From an uncultured delta proteobacterium (GTDB lineage Bacteria > Myxococcota > B64-G9): a stretch of 64,000 nt of DNA. Where the stretch lies: assembly GCA_963754925.1 (NCBI GenBank), contig CAVWHX010000005.1, positions 64,001 to 128,000 on the forward strand, read 5' to 3'. This document shows positions 1 through 10,723 of the stretch, piece by piece. The notes beneath the pieces are model-generated. The model was not told the DNA's origin, ran no database searches, and worked only from the letters and a program-made list of their open reading frames with translations. The translations under genes and the position numbers were made by a program. Every line of letters starts with the position of its first letter. Positions within the stretch are counted from its first letter, which is position 1.

Positions 1-1832
1 GAGCAGCTCCGAGCTTTCCGGACTTTGGCCGCTTTTAAAGACCGTGGGATTAAGCTGGTCAGGCGGCCTCCAACAACTGGGCCATCAGTAAGGAAAGGAC
101 ACAAGAACAGGCGAGCATTTTTAGCAATGATATGCATCTTTTTCTTACGATGCCTTCGCTGTGGAACATGATGCACGTCAGGAGTGGAAAATTCGATGCT
201 GCGGGAATGAACATCGCCGGCATCCCCAGTATCGTGGCCGGGTATAACGGCCATATTGCTTGGGGCATGACCATGGTCATGGCCGATAATCAGGACATAT
301 TTTTGGAACGGCTCAAGCGTATCGATGGCAAGCTTCATTATTTATATAAAGGGCAGTGGCTCCCCGCAAGCGAGCGCAAGGAAATTTTTAAGGTGAAGGG
401 GAAGGACCCGGTCACCGTTATCGTGCACGAGACTATCCATGGTCCGCTCATGAATGATATCTTAAGCACGAAGCCCCTGCATTTCGTTCAAGCCAGGCAA
501 ATCGATCTGCCTTACGGCATGGCGCTCAGCTGGTCGCTCGCTACCAAAGACGATGTAAGCCTGGAAGCCTTTTTCAACCTTAGCTCAGCCGGATCGGTCG
601 ATGAAGCCATTCCTCTTTTCAAGCGGATTCGATCAATTCCGCTCAATTTTGTTGTGGCGGATAAACAGAATATTGCCTGGCAGGTGACCGGTAACTATCC
701 AATCAGGGCAAAAGGCCGCGGACTGGTGCCTTCGCCGGGCTGGACCGGAGAGTACGATTGGAAAGGCTTGCTCGATCCCGCCGTTTTACCGCACGCCGAG
801 AATCCGCCCGCCGGATTCGTGGCCACTGCCAATAACCGCACGGTTTCAAAGGATTATCCGTATGTACTGTCATCGTCCTGGATGTGGCCTGAGCGAATCG
901 AACGTATTACCCAATTAATCTCATCCACGGATAAGCATACCAGCAAGACCTCCGCGGAGATGCAACGGGATACCGTTTCCCTGTTTGTTCCCAAACTCAA
1001 GGCGACCATTTTGGACGGCAGCTTGGCCGGTGAAATCGAAAAAGAGATCATCAGCTGGAAGGATGAGAGCAGACGAGAAAAGGCCCAATTAGCCTTAACC
1101 ATTCTTCGTGATTTCGATGGTGATATGAAGACCGACTCGAAAGGGGCCGCGCTTGTAAGTATGTTTTACGACCGCGTAACGAAAAATATATTCCTCGATG
1201 AGTTAGGTCCAGAGGATTCAAATACGTGGAAGGCGTTTTTGGTGATCAACAACACCAGCTATAACGCCATCTGCGATCATCTCGTGGTTCGGGGGGACGA
1301 AAGCCCGTTCTGGGACGATATCCGTACGCCTGAAAAAGAGACTAAAGCCCAGATCATTGCGCGCTCGCTGGCCGATGCCGTCTCCGGTCTGGAATCGGCC
1401 CTGGGCAAAGACCCGCAAACCTGGCAATGGGGGGCGCTGCATACCTATGTCTGGGAAACCGATACCTTCAAGATGGCCCCCTCTATGGGTTGGCTGAAGC
1501 GCTTGGCGCTCAAAGGCGTATGGTCGTATTTCAACCGCGGACCATACCCCGCTCCGGGGGATCTTTTTACCTTAAACGTGTCGGGCTATACCATGGGTAG
1601 CACTTTCGATACCTGGCTCATCCCGTCCATGCGCATGATCGTCGATTTTGGCCGAGAAGAGCCCATGCAGGCGGTCAATAGCTCCGGTCAATCGGACAAT
1701 CCTTCGAGCCCGCACTATGACGACGGAATCAAAGCGTGGCGGGATGGAAGCTATATCCCGTTTCCTTTCAAGCCGGACGCGGTGAAAGCGCACTACCAAG
1801 ACGTCCTGATCCTTGAGCCGCCTTCGAAGTAA
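1..1832 (+). CDS. Penicillin acylase / Ntn-hydrolase family protein (5' partial)
   Basis: In frame with ORF 132..1832, upstream codons read AASNNWA (catalytic Ser at 69-71), then NDMHL, GYNGHIAWGMT, ATANN and SGQS..SPHYDD. An in-frame TAA at 51-53 implies a frameshift or error just upstream. Confidence 0.88.
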
Positions 1833-1963
1833 CCAGCTTTTCAAGATATACCAGCGCAAGGAGGAACCCCCTCCCGCCGAAGAAATTCGCGCCCTGCTTG
1901 GCATGCGACTCCGTTCAGATGCATCCATTGAGCGACCGGAAACACCGACCCCGTGATTCGTTA

Positions 1964-2213
1964 ATGCATAGGGCCCTTATCGCTTCTGCCGGCACAGCTC
2001 GATCCAGTCAATGATGACATCGAGCGCTAACCTGACATTGCCCACCTGGCAGTGGTTCTGAGCGTTCTCCATCCTGGTGAATATTCTGCCGGTGACCGAC
2101 CAGGCATTGACGAGGGCCTTCATCTGGGCGTGAAATTGTTGGGTGGGGACATAATGATCCTCTGCTCCGGCAAGCACAAGCACATCCTGCGTGATCGACT
2201 TTGAGATATCTTT
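1964..2213 (-). pseudogene. 3' fragment of an alpha/beta hydrolase; copy of the 3' end of 14576..15715
   Basis: 250 bp collinear with 14563..14812, about 20 mismatches by hand count, no indels. The N-terminal part is missing. Confidence 0.92.
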
Positions 2214-2293
2214 GCCGCCGTCTGGCTACGGTTGAATTTGGATGCGATACCTTTATAATGTATGGGTTCTAAACGGCGGGTTTAGAAAGGAGA

Positions 2294-2893
2294 TTGATGC
2301 CTCATAAGAAAAAAGCGTCGGAACGGACGTGTTTGTGGTCAATGAAAGATCCTCTGCTTATCGAATATCACGATACGGAATGGGGCGTTCCCGTTCATGA
2401 TGACGGGAAAATATTCGAATTTCTTATCCTTGAGGGATTTCAAGCCGGCTTGAGCTGGCTCACCATTTTGAGAAAGAGGGAGAACTTTAGAAATGCTTTC
2501 GACCATTTCGACTTCAACAAGATAGCCGCGTATGGCGCTCGAAAAATAAACTCCTTGCTGAAGGATACGGGGATTATCAGGAACAGGCTAAAGATTATCG
2601 GGGCAATTGAAAATGCCAAGGCTTTTATTCAAGTCAGAAAAGAATTCGGGACGTTCGATGAATACCTCTGGAGCTTCACCGGTGGCAAAATCATAACTAA
2701 CCACGTTACCTCGTTATCCCAGATCCCTGCGAGGACGAGTTTGTCGGATTCGATCAGCACCGATCTAAGAAAAAGAGGGTTTAAATTTGTCGGCTCCACG
2801 ATTATCTATGCTCATATGCAGGCCATGGGAATGGTAAATGACCACATACGAACCTGCTTCAGGTACAAGGATCTCGTCAAAAAACACCAATGA
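2294..2893 (+). CDS. tag: DNA-3-methyladenine glycosylase I
   Basis: YHDTEWGVP, LEGFQAGLSW, IIRNRLKI, FKFVGSTIIYAHMQAMGMVNDH...C. Confidence 0.95.
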   Translation: MMPHKKKASERTCLWSMKDPLLIEYHDTEWGVPVHDDGKIFEFLILEGFQAGLSWLTILRKRENFRNAFDHFDFNKIAAYGARKINSLLKDTGIIRNRLKIIGAIENAKAFIQVRKEFGTFDEYLWSFTGGKIITNHVTSLSQIPARTSLSDSISTDLRKRGFKFVGSTIIYAHMQAMGMVNDHIRTCFRYKDLVKKHQ

Positions 2894-2952
2894 AGCTCGG
2901 GGATTTCAGCTATCCAGCGGCCGTCGTCTTCTCTACCGATTTCGATCTTCAT
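2893..2952 (-). pseudogene. hicB: HicB-family antitoxin N-terminal remnant
   Basis: Manual translation gives MKIEIGREDDGRWIAEIPEL, a typical HicB start. Similarity ends where it meets the tag stop codon. Confidence 0.65.
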
Positions 2953-3036
2953 TCAGTCGGCTCGATCCTGACTTTAAGAAGCATTGTGATGGAGAGCGGA
3001 AGACAATTTTACGTAGGGAAGGGAAGTCGCGGTTGC

Positions 3037-3303
3037 TTACTCGTAATGTGACCACAAGCGAATAACCTTAACTACTCTTCCTTCTTCGAGCACCTGGTAG
3101 ACCAAACGATGTTGGATGTTGATCCTCCTTGAATATGCCCCTGCCAAATCTCCTACCAACTTTTCGTAGGGCGGTGGTGTCTGGTAGGGATTATTCTCGA
3201 GAATCGCCAGCAGTGAAAGCGCCTTTTCCTTGAGTCCGGCGGCTGATAACTTCTTCGCGTCTTTTTGGGCTTGCCGGGTGTAAACAAGGTGCCACGTTAC
3301 CAT
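3037..3303 (-). CDS. yoeB: Txe/YoeB family toxin
   Basis: NPYQTPPPYEKLVGDLAGAYSRRINIQHRLVY...WSHYE. Confidence 0.93.
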   Translation of the reverse strand: MVTWHLVYTRQAQKDAKKLSAAGLKEKALSLLAILENNPYQTPPPYEKLVGDLAGAYSRRINIQHRLVYQVLEEGRVVKVIRLWSHYE

Positions 3304-3539
3304 TTAAGTTCTTCTTTACATTCAGAAATCGGCGTCTTCAATCCCTTAATGATCGACATGCGCATGCCGGGGATGGACAATAAGTAAAGTGTCTCTTCTA
3401 TAGATCGCCAATCTTCTTCAGAGACTAAGACCGCATTGTGTCGTTTGCCCGTAATGAGAACCGGTTCGTGTGATACAGCCGTGCCATCAATAAGCCGGTA
3501 TAACCTGGCTCGGGCGTCGGTAGCTTTAACAGAAGTCAT
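3297..3539 (-). CDS. yefM: Phd/YefM family antitoxin
   Basis: ATDARARLYRLID...HEPVLITGKRHNAVLVSEEDW..IEETLYLLSIPGM; overlaps the toxin gene. Confidence 0.93.
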   Translation of the reverse strand: MTSVKATDARARLYRLIDGTAVSHEPVLITGKRHNAVLVSEEDWRSIEETLYLLSIPGMRMSIIKGLKTPISECKEELKW

Positions 3540-3556
3540 GATCGCCTCCTCATCAA

Positions 3557-3585
3557 ACAGTACGTTATAACGTACATATTGTCAA
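3557..3585 (-). promoter_or_regulatory. Sigma70 promoter of yefM-yoeB with palindromic operator
   Basis: TTGACA (3585-3580), 17 bp, TACTGT (3562-3557). Perfect palindrome GTACGTTATAACGTAC at 3560-3575. GAGGAGG RBS before the ATG. Confidence 0.8.
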
Positions 3586-3589
3586 GTGC

Positions 3590-3740
3590 ATTGCAGCTCG
3601 CACTACGCAACGGCCGAAGGCGGGAAATCGAGGCAGCCTCACAACGTCGCATGGCTCGCCATAGATCCCAGTCCCTTTGAAGACCGAGCCAGTAATCCAC
3701 AGGCATCCCAAGAACACGTTCGAGGCGTAGCGCCGTAAAG
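3590..3740 (-). pseudogene. higA: HigA-family antitoxin C-terminal remnant
   Basis: TALRLERVLGMPVDYWLGLQRDWDLW matches the HigA C-terminus; the N-terminal HTH is absent and the tetR 3' end sits in its place. Confidence 0.7.
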
Positions 3741-3744
3741 AATA

Positions 3745-4335
3745 TCACTTAGTATCAAGGATACCCAGCAGTTGGCCGCTTATCATAAGCGACCCTGTTT
3801 CCATAAGGAATTTGCTGATCTCGGCCTCATTCATGGGACCGACCCTGGCATTATTGAGAAGCACCGCCAGCCCATGGCTGAAAACCCACATTCTGTAAAG
3901 AACGTCTTTTTTTTGTTTAACGGATAACTGCTTTAGGATATTATCATTCTTGAGAAACGCCAGAAGTCGGTCAAAAATATAGGCGCGGTATGTATTGAAA
4001 AGTTTTAAAATCTTATCTTCCCCGATCTTAGAAAAATACATTTTACGAAAGAGGTTTTTTTCTTCCTGCGCAAAAAGGACATACCCCACCCCCATATTGA
4101 GAAAAACCATGCCCGTTCGCTGCCGCGTCTGAAAGCGTATGAGAAGATCAATCGCTTTTTGGTCGATTTGACCTTCTAACTTCTTCATAGATTTGAGGGC
4201 CGAATAGATAGGCATCGTGGAAGAACCAAGCTCCGTGGCGATCGATCGCGCGGTGCATTTCTCCCAGCCTTGATTTCGCGTTATTTTGAAGGCTGCCTCA
4301 ACAATCTCATCGTGGGTAAATTTCTTAAGTGGCAT
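3745..4335 (-). CDS. TetR/AcrR family regulator
   Basis: N-terminal HTH EIVEAAFKI...TARSIATELGSSTMPIY; WHG-like WVFSHGLA. Confidence 0.88.
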   Translation of the reverse strand: MPLKKFTHDEIVEAAFKITRNQGWEKCTARSIATELGSSTMPIYSALKSMKKLEGQIDQKAIDLLIRFQTRQRTGMVFLNMGVGYVLFAQEEKNLFRKMYFSKIGEDKILKLFNTYRAYIFDRLLAFLKNDNILKQLSVKQKKDVLYRMWVFSHGLAVLLNNARVGPMNEAEISKFLMETGSLMISGQLLGILDTK

Positions 4336-4417
4336 ACCTGTTCCTGAAGACTATCTTTATCATATAACAACAATTTTATAACACTTCAATAGTGGCGGCC
4401 GGCGATACGACCAACAC

Positions 4418-5731
4418 CTAAATTTTCAGCGCCCAGCCCTTACCCTGCACTGTTGCGCCAGTTTTCATGGCGCCGAGAAACCGCGAGCGCATGGTGTCGC
4501 TCATCAGGGCTTTTTTGACCGGCGTTAGCTTCAAAAAGCCGCCGATGACGCCGCGCATGAATTTGTGGGTGATCTTGTTGGGATTGTCGAATATCTGATT
4601 CTGCAGTGTTCCGCGCTCGATGGCCTGGAGCATTATCCGTTCGAAGGTGGTTTCCGGATGGATCACGCGTTGCTGCCGCTTGACCAGCTTAATGGCTTTT
4701 TTGTTGCACTTCAAGCCGCAGACGCCGCAGCCGAGGCAGTGGGCCGTGTTGATGCGCGGGTCGGCTTTCTTCTTGGTCGTGGGATTTTCGATCGGCACCA
4801 TCTGAATGACGTCGATGGGGCATAGTTTGGCGCATTTGCCGCAGCCTATGCACAAGGTTTCATCGGTCTCGGCGATGTATGTGGAGGTGACGATGGTGTT
4901 CGGATACCCGTATTTGCTGATTCCGTGCAGGGCTTCGCAGCAGCATTTACAGCAATGGCACATGAAGGTGAGGTTTTTCTGGACGTTGTCGGCGTTGAGG
5001 ACCAGCCCCAGCTCCTTGGAGCGCGCAACGTTTTCCAACATCTCGGTTTTACTTACCTCCCGGGCTAGCTTGTGTCTGATCAGGTAGTCCGCGCCGGTGC
5101 CGAACGAAGAGCAGTTATCCAATGGGATTGTGCAGGTCTTGGTGCCGAGGTGCGTGGCTTCGTGGCGGCAGGGGCAGAGCGCCATGGAGAATTTGTTGGA
5201 TTGTTCGACGATTGTGCTGGCTTTCTCATAATCCAGGATCTCTACATGGGCTGAATCGCGCACCGCCTCTTCGTGCGGCAGGGTCCTAAGAGGCGTGACT
5301 TTTTGTCCTGCGCCCAGGTTTGCTTCGAGGTAGGCCGGATCCTCGGACATATACTCATGAAACAGCCGCGCCCATTGCTTATAATTAAGATCGCCGCCGG
5401 TGCGCATCATGGTGAACTCAAATATTCCGACAACCATCGGCGCCAGCATGTAGTAGTATTCGCCTTTCAACCAAGCGTCCATCACCAGACCCTTTTCGCA
5501 TAATCCATCGAGCAGCGTGCGCGCCGCGTCGACGCTGAGTCTCGTAAGCTCGGCGATGCGGCTCACGTTGGACATGACATAGGGCATGTTGCAGATAAAT
5601 TCAGCCTCTTCCGGGGTATAGAGCTCTTTTAGTATCTGATAGAATCCATCGTTCCATGGGGTTCTGATGGGCAAATCATCGATTTTTTTACCGAGCTTTC
5701 TAAAAACGTCTTTTCCGTTCTTATGTCCCAT
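4418..5731 (-). CDS. 4Fe-4S dicluster domain protein
   Basis: CPCRH, CHCCKCCC and two CxxCxxCxxxC motifs; N-terminal wHTH-like region. Confidence 0.85.
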   Translation of the reverse strand: MGHKNGKDVFRKLGKKIDDLPIRTPWNDGFYQILKELYTPEEAEFICNMPYVMSNVSRIAELTRLSVDAARTLLDGLCEKGLVMDAWLKGEYYYMLAPMVVGIFEFTMMRTGGDLNYKQWARLFHEYMSEDPAYLEANLGAGQKVTPLRTLPHEEAVRDSAHVEILDYEKASTIVEQSNKFSMALCPCRHEATHLGTKTCTIPLDNCSSFGTGADYLIRHKLAREVSKTEMLENVARSKELGLVLNADNVQKNLTFMCHCCKCCCEALHGISKYGYPNTIVTSTYIAETDETLCIGCGKCAKLCPIDVIQMVPIENPTTKKKADPRINTAHCLGCGVCGLKCNKKAIKLVKRQQRVIHPETTFERIMLQAIERGTLQNQIFDNPNKITHKFMRGVIGGFLKLTPVKKALMSDTMRSRFLGAMKTGATVQGKGWALKI

Positions 5732-5780
5732 GACGACCTCCGCTATCCGATAGTTGATGACACCTTAGTGAAACACCGCC

Positions 5781-5831
5781 TGTTATTAAAATAACAGACG
5801 TTATATAACATACGTTATTTAATACTGTCAA
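5781..5831 (-). promoter_or_regulatory. Promoter with tandem palindromic operators
   Basis: ATAAC-agac-GTTAT (5791-5804) and ATAAC-atac-GTTAT (5805-5818); TTGACA at 5831-5826 on the minus strand. Confidence 0.65.
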
Positions 5832-6007
5832 GACATTTTTAAGGCGCCGCACGACGCGTTTACCCCGGATCATCCCTTTTGTGAAGCCGTGAAGAGCTCG
5901 GTGGGAGATGGGTGGCGAGTTTTGATAGACAATTTTTATCATCGTTATACTATGGAAAATGGTCAATTATGAATCTATGAAGAAATCTGGATACCAGGGG
6001 CCAAAGA

Positions 6008-6580
6008 ATGGAAGCTCAAGTTAGGGGAAGATCAATCTTAGGGTTAATACGATTCATCAAAGACGATTTTGGACCAGATGTCTTACAAGAAATAATCCAT
6101 GACGGCGGACCTGCCCTCAAGGAAATGTTTTCTAGCCGGATACGAATAACCGGTTGGTACTCATATAAAGCGTATACGGATTTTCTTTGCGCGATTGCAA
6201 ATAGGTTACAACGGGGAGACTCAGATTTTTTTAGAAAAGTAGGAAACAAAACGGGAACGATTGATATGAGCACCATATTACGCGTCTATGTGACTATTGC
6301 AAGCTCTGAACGGTTGATACGCAGTTGCACTAAAATCTGGGAATCGACTTTCAATAATGCCGGCCGAATGGAAGCGATATCGTGGAGCCCCGATAATACC
6401 GTAGTGAGAATTTATGATTTTCCCCAGATGCATCCCTACCACTGCAGCCTCATAGCTGGATGGATGATAGCAACGATGGACAGTATTGGGCTGAAAGTAG
6501 ACCCAGATTCAAAAGAAACTAAATGCACCAGCAAGGGTGATGACTACCATGAGTTTCATGCAATCTGGCAAAAGAGATAA
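6008..6580 (+). CDS. V4R/H-NOX-like small protein (myxobacterial DUF2378-like)
   Basis: VRG...FIKDDFG, GWY, AGW, C-terminal ETKCTSKGDDYHEF..W pattern. Confidence 0.55.
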   Translation: MEAQVRGRSILGLIRFIKDDFGPDVLQEIIHDGGPALKEMFSSRIRITGWYSYKAYTDFLCAIANRLQRGDSDFFRKVGNKTGTIDMSTILRVYVTIASSERLIRSCTKIWESTFNNAGRMEAISWSPDNTVVRIYDFPQMHPYHCSLIAGWMIATMDSIGLKVDPDSKETKCTSKGDDYHEFHAIWQKR

Positions 6581-6645
6581 TCACTAGGTACCGCCTCACT
6601 CAGGGTGTCAGCCGACCAGCACCCCGTCATCCGATATGTCTTATC

Positions 6646-7299
6646 TCAACCACATCCAACGCATGGTGTGGTCTTAATAGTAAGATTCACGCTTCCGGTG
6701 ACGGACTTAGTCACTATCACTTCATTGGCATTATTCTGAATGGTAAAGTCGAAGGATACGGCATCTCCCATGGCAGATGGTACGGTATGGAAGACAACGG
6801 AGGCTATTCCGCAATTATAATATTCGCTGTCGCAAACTATCTCTTGTCCATTGATTCGGTTATCGTACCGATACCCAAAGAATTGCCCACCGTAGGGATA
6901 TGAGACTTCGGGTTCGACTGAGTTGATCATGAGGACGGTAACTTGAAGAGAGTCACCGATTAAGTTCGACAAGATATCTTGGTAGCACTCATTACCGTCC
7001 GTAATGTCCCCACAAACATCCTTAAATTGCTTCCCCAAATCCGCCATATATTCCTCAGAACAAGAGCCTCCATACCAACATTCCACAGCTTTTAGGTATG
7101 CCCTCATATATTTTACTATTCTTGGATCGGTACTGACTTCCACCTGGAGATCCGCTCTGCCGGTCAATACGCGGTTTTGATCGGTCTCGAAATCAAGAGC
7201 CAAAACCTCTGTGTCCGATTCCGTTCCCCCTTTTCCACACGCGAAGAACATGGCTGACTGAGCTAGCACTGCCAACAAGATGGCGACGAACGTTTTCAT
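6646..7299 (-). CDS. Hypothetical lipoprotein
   Basis: MKTF plus hydrophobic stretch and lipobox FFAC; paired cysteines. Confidence 0.65.
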   Translation of the reverse strand: MKTFVAILLAVLAQSAMFFACGKGGTESDTEVLALDFETDQNRVLTGRADLQVEVSTDPRIVKYMRAYLKAVECWYGGSCSEEYMADLGKQFKDVCGDITDGNECYQDILSNLIGDSLQVTVLMINSVEPEVSYPYGGQFFGYRYDNRINGQEIVCDSEYYNCGIASVVFHTVPSAMGDAVSFDFTIQNNANEVIVTKSVTGSVNLTIKTTPCVGCG

Positions 7300-7364
7300 T
7301 CGTGCCTCCCCTAATAATGATTGTGCTTCCTCTATAACACTCGGTCGATACTGCCGCAAGGAGT

Positions 7365-7895
7365 ATGTTTGCCCGCGAGATGCTCAACAATCCAAAACAA
7401 CGCGCCGCCAGTCAATACATGCTGTTATTTCGTAGCCCGGATGCGGAAAAAATCCTGGCGGAAAAAGACTATGCGCTGTTCTTCCAATCATTTACCGAGG
7501 GCAAAAGCGCCTGGAAGCCGTCAAAAGAAGATCGTCGCCGCTATGCTGAAGCCTGGTCGTTACCGGGCGGGTTCACCGGCGGTTTGAATTACTATCGGGC
7601 CTCATTTGTTTATCCACCCGGTTCCCCGGAGGAGGAAGACCGCCTGAGAGACTTTGCCAATCTTACACCCGAGGCGTTCTCGATAAACGTGCCGACCTTA
7701 GTGATATGGGGTGAGCGCGATCCCGCCTTCGTCAATGACAACCTCACGGGGCTTGAAGATTACGTGAGCGATCTCACCCTGGTGCGGATTCCCGATGCGT
7801 CACACTGGGTCGTCAAGGAGCGGCCCGAACGGGTCAGTGCGTTGATACGAGAATTTATAGCAAAAAATATCAAGCTAACCGTACTCACGTCGTGA
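7365..7895 (+). pseudogene. Epoxide-hydrolase-like alpha/beta hydrolase, N-terminally truncated
   Basis: LNYYRA, VPTLVIWGERD and IPDASHWV are present; the HGFP and nucleophile region is missing. Confidence 0.7.
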
Positions 7896-8005
7896 GGCAC
7901 TTCGGTCCCCATCCCCCAAAATCAGTGCCACCCGTTTAGAAATCAATTTAAAGATATTACCCTTAATGAAAAAATCTTATCCAAATTGACGGCGGGGCAA
8001 TTCCC

Positions 8006-9733
8006 TTAGCCGTTATCGAAGGCGCTGCAATCGTCCACGATGAGCGTGGCGGTATTGACGCCGTTGAGGCAATTGGAGGTGCACACTTTCGCGGCATAGG
8101 CGCCGAAATAGATGGCGTTGAAACCACCGTCAGCAGGAATGACGGCATCCGTGGCGATCTGGGACCAAACCCCGGGGCTGGCCGGGAAGGCAGTGCTTCT
8201 CATCCATTGGTTGGTGGCATGGCTTATGCTGTCGTTCTCGTACACCATGAGTCCGACCGGAACATCGGATTGGTACCAGCACGTTAAGGTGTAACGATGG
8301 CCCGGAATTACCGGCGTACCACAGCTTTTGTAATCCGGAATCGCTTGCGTGCCGCGATCTTGAATCAGGGTGCTCGACCCGACCCCGCTTATGACTACTT
8401 GCTGCGCCAATCCTGTTCGGCCCGCCACTTGGCTCCAGACGGCGGTATTGGTGGAGGCGTTTATTTGCGTCCAGCAGTCCGGAGGCGCGCTGGCCCCTCC
8501 GAGGTAACTTTCCATGTCGCCGTTTATAACCAGCGGAGTGCCGCTTGGGACCGGCTGGTTGACGGGTCCGGCGGCAACTTGCGAGATGGTGCGCACGATG
8601 GTTCCCTGGGGTTTGCGCGCGGCCAGCCAGCTCGTGAACTGACCGAAGAGATCGGTATCCCAGGCCAACAAGGGGTCGCAGGCGGCGCCGGGGCATATGT
8701 GGTGGAAATTGATGATGAGCCAAGGAGGATTCGGATCGGCGGCGTTTTGGTTCGTCTCGGCTTCCTCAACCGTTTGCTCCAACTGCCCCAAGGTCACGAG
8801 ACTATTTACCGAAGAGGCGGCCCGTAACATGTACGGATCGGCCGGCGGCACCGATTCCGCGAAGATGCCGTGGTTGGCGTCAAGGTTTCCAACACCCCGT
8901 GCGGTCACGTAGCCGCATTGCGAAGCCGCCGATTCGGCGACGTTATCGGGCATGGGCGCCACATCGGCGTCGTTTTGACCGAACGGATAGGCGAAACTGC
9001 GGATCTCAAAGCCGCGCGCGAGCAGGTCGACCCGGCTGTCGCAAACCTCGCGCTTGATCCGATCGGCAGGAAACAGCGTTGTGACAAGGTGTAGATGCAT
9101 GAGACCGTGCGAGCCTATCTCGTGGCCCACAGTTTGCATCTCTAGAATCTCCGGGGTGGTCAGATACGATCCTCCCGGCAAATCGATGCGCGAACTGTTC
9201 ACATAGAATGTCGCCCGCATGCCGTTTGCTTCAAGCGTTGGCGCCGCGTTGCTAAACTCGTCCGCGAAGGTGTCGTCGAGCGTCAGGCTGACAACGAGAA
9301 GCGGCCGAGGGACGGACGAAGAGGCTACGCATGTTCCCTGGGCGCAGACTTGACCGCTCGTACATTGAGTCGAGCAATCGCCGCAGTGATCTGGATCCAC
9401 AGATGTATTGAAGCATTGATTGGAACACATAGTCCAACTTCCACCGCTGCAACCGACATGGCACACTCCAAACGAGCAAATTTCGCCGGCGGCGCAGGTG
9501 ACCGAGGCACAGGGGTCAGGCGGAGAGGTAGAGCCTCCTAAGCTCGGGGACTGACGGGCTGTTCCGCAGGTGAAAAAGAAAACGGTGAGCAACCCAAAAA
9601 CTGCCCAAATCGCTGCTTCTGCCCGGCGAGTGAAAAATCTCTTATTTGCTTCGAAATCTATCGCGATTAATGTTTTATCAGAGAATCCAGTTTTTTCAGA
9701 TTTTTTATATGAATTTTGAAAGCTGACAGACAC
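8006..9733 (-). CDS. Polysaccharide deacetylase (CE4/NodB) lipoprotein with Cys-rich repeats and C-terminal CBM-like domain; start uncertain
   Basis: LTLDD, HEIGSHGLMH, SFAYPFG and FHHI motifs; lipobox-like FFTC; DPDHCGDC repeats. Confidence 0.8.
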   Translation of the reverse strand: MSVSFQNSYKKSEKTGFSDKTLIAIDFEANKRFFTRRAEAAIWAVFGLLTVFFFTCGTARQSPSLGGSTSPPDPCASVTCAAGEICSFGVCHVGCSGGSWTMCSNQCFNTSVDPDHCGDCSTQCTSGQVCAQGTCVASSSVPRPLLVVSLTLDDTFADEFSNAAPTLEANGMRATFYVNSSRIDLPGGSYLTTPEILEMQTVGHEIGSHGLMHLHLVTTLFPADRIKREVCDSRVDLLARGFEIRSFAYPFGQNDADVAPMPDNVAESAASQCGYVTARGVGNLDANHGIFAESVPPADPYMLRAASSVNSLVTLGQLEQTVEEAETNQNAADPNPPWLIINFHHICPGAACDPLLAWDTDLFGQFTSWLAARKPQGTIVRTISQVAAGPVNQPVPSGTPLVINGDMESYLGGASAPPDCWTQINASTNTAVWSQVAGRTGLAQQVVISGVGSSTLIQDRGTQAIPDYKSCGTPVIPGHRYTLTCWYQSDVPVGLMVYENDSISHATNQWMRSTAFPASPGVWSQIATDAVIPADGGFNAIYFGAYAAKVCTSNCLNGVNTATLIVDDCSAFDNG

Positions 9734-10456
9734 GGCGTTATTCCTTTCATCAATTGCAATATTAACAACAAGTCAATCTATATTTTTTTTTCACAAACAA
9801 CTCCACTAAACGTTAAGTATTCATTACGCTTTTGTAAAGAGCGTTTTTAAAATTCAGTGTAATTCTACATGCTTATTGGACCGCCCGCCTGCGCCGTTGA
9901 TTGGCCTTAGATACTGTTAGCGGACGAAGTGAGTATACGGTATCTTATCCCCGCCAAGGGGGCTTCGCGACTGAATGGGAGAGCAGGGAGCCGCCGAGAT
10001 AGGTTAGATAGACTGACTAATTCCAAAAGAATCAGTATGTATTGACTCGGCAACGCGTTAGGAGTTAACGTAAGACCGGGTTTTAGAAGGCGCCATTGGA
10101 AATCAAGGGTGCCGAGGGTGCGAGAGGATCAAAAGTGCGTTTATATTCCCTAGGTATCGCTCCTTATAGTGAAAAGCTTCAATAAAGGTGTAGTGCCCGA
10201 ATACAATAAATTTACGACACCTTTAGGTAGGGCGAACATGAATACGAATATCACCGGAATCAGATGGCACGGCCGCGGCGGCCAGGGCGCCATTACCGCA
10301 GCCAAGATTGTGGCCCAGGCGGCGTTTGTCTCAGGTTACCACGGCGTCGTCATGGCGTCGTCATTCGGCACCGAGCGGCGCTGACGTGCCCCCCGAAAAC
10401 TGGACCATTTTCAATGAGAGTTCCTTCGGCTAGAATGCCGGAAAGGAGCTTGCTCA

Positions 10457-10723
10457 ATGAAAGGGAAACGGTTTTCTGAGGATAAGATCATCGGGATATT
10501 GAAAGAAGCCGAAGCGGGGGTGAAGCTGTCTGATCTGTGTCGTACGCATGGCTTCTGCGAACAAACGTACTACCGTTGGAAATCCAAGTACGGCGGGATG
10601 GACGTCAGCGAGGCGCGGCGGCTGAAGCAGCTTGAGGAAGAAAACCGAAGGCTGAAGCGTGCCGTGGCCGATCTCACTCTCGACAACCAGATCTTGAGGG
10701 ATATCAACTCAAGAAAATGGTGA
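10457..10723 (+). CDS. IS3-family transposase OrfA
   Basis: KRFSEDKIIGILKE...YYRWKSKYGGMDVSEARRLKQLEEEN. Confidence 0.95.
   Translation: MKGKRFSEDKIIGILKEAEAGVKLSDLCRTHGFCEQTYYRWKSKYGGMDVSEARRLKQLEEENRRLKRAVADLTLDNQILRDINSRKW

Noticed and set aside
1833..1960. Possible further gene fragments at junctions (also 19134-19234 and 27180-27320)
   Set aside because: They read like coding sequence but are too short to assign to a family without a search.
9740..10230. ncRNA in the long intergenic region before porC
   Set aside because: No recognisable motif or convincing stable structure by eye; an Rfam search would be needed.
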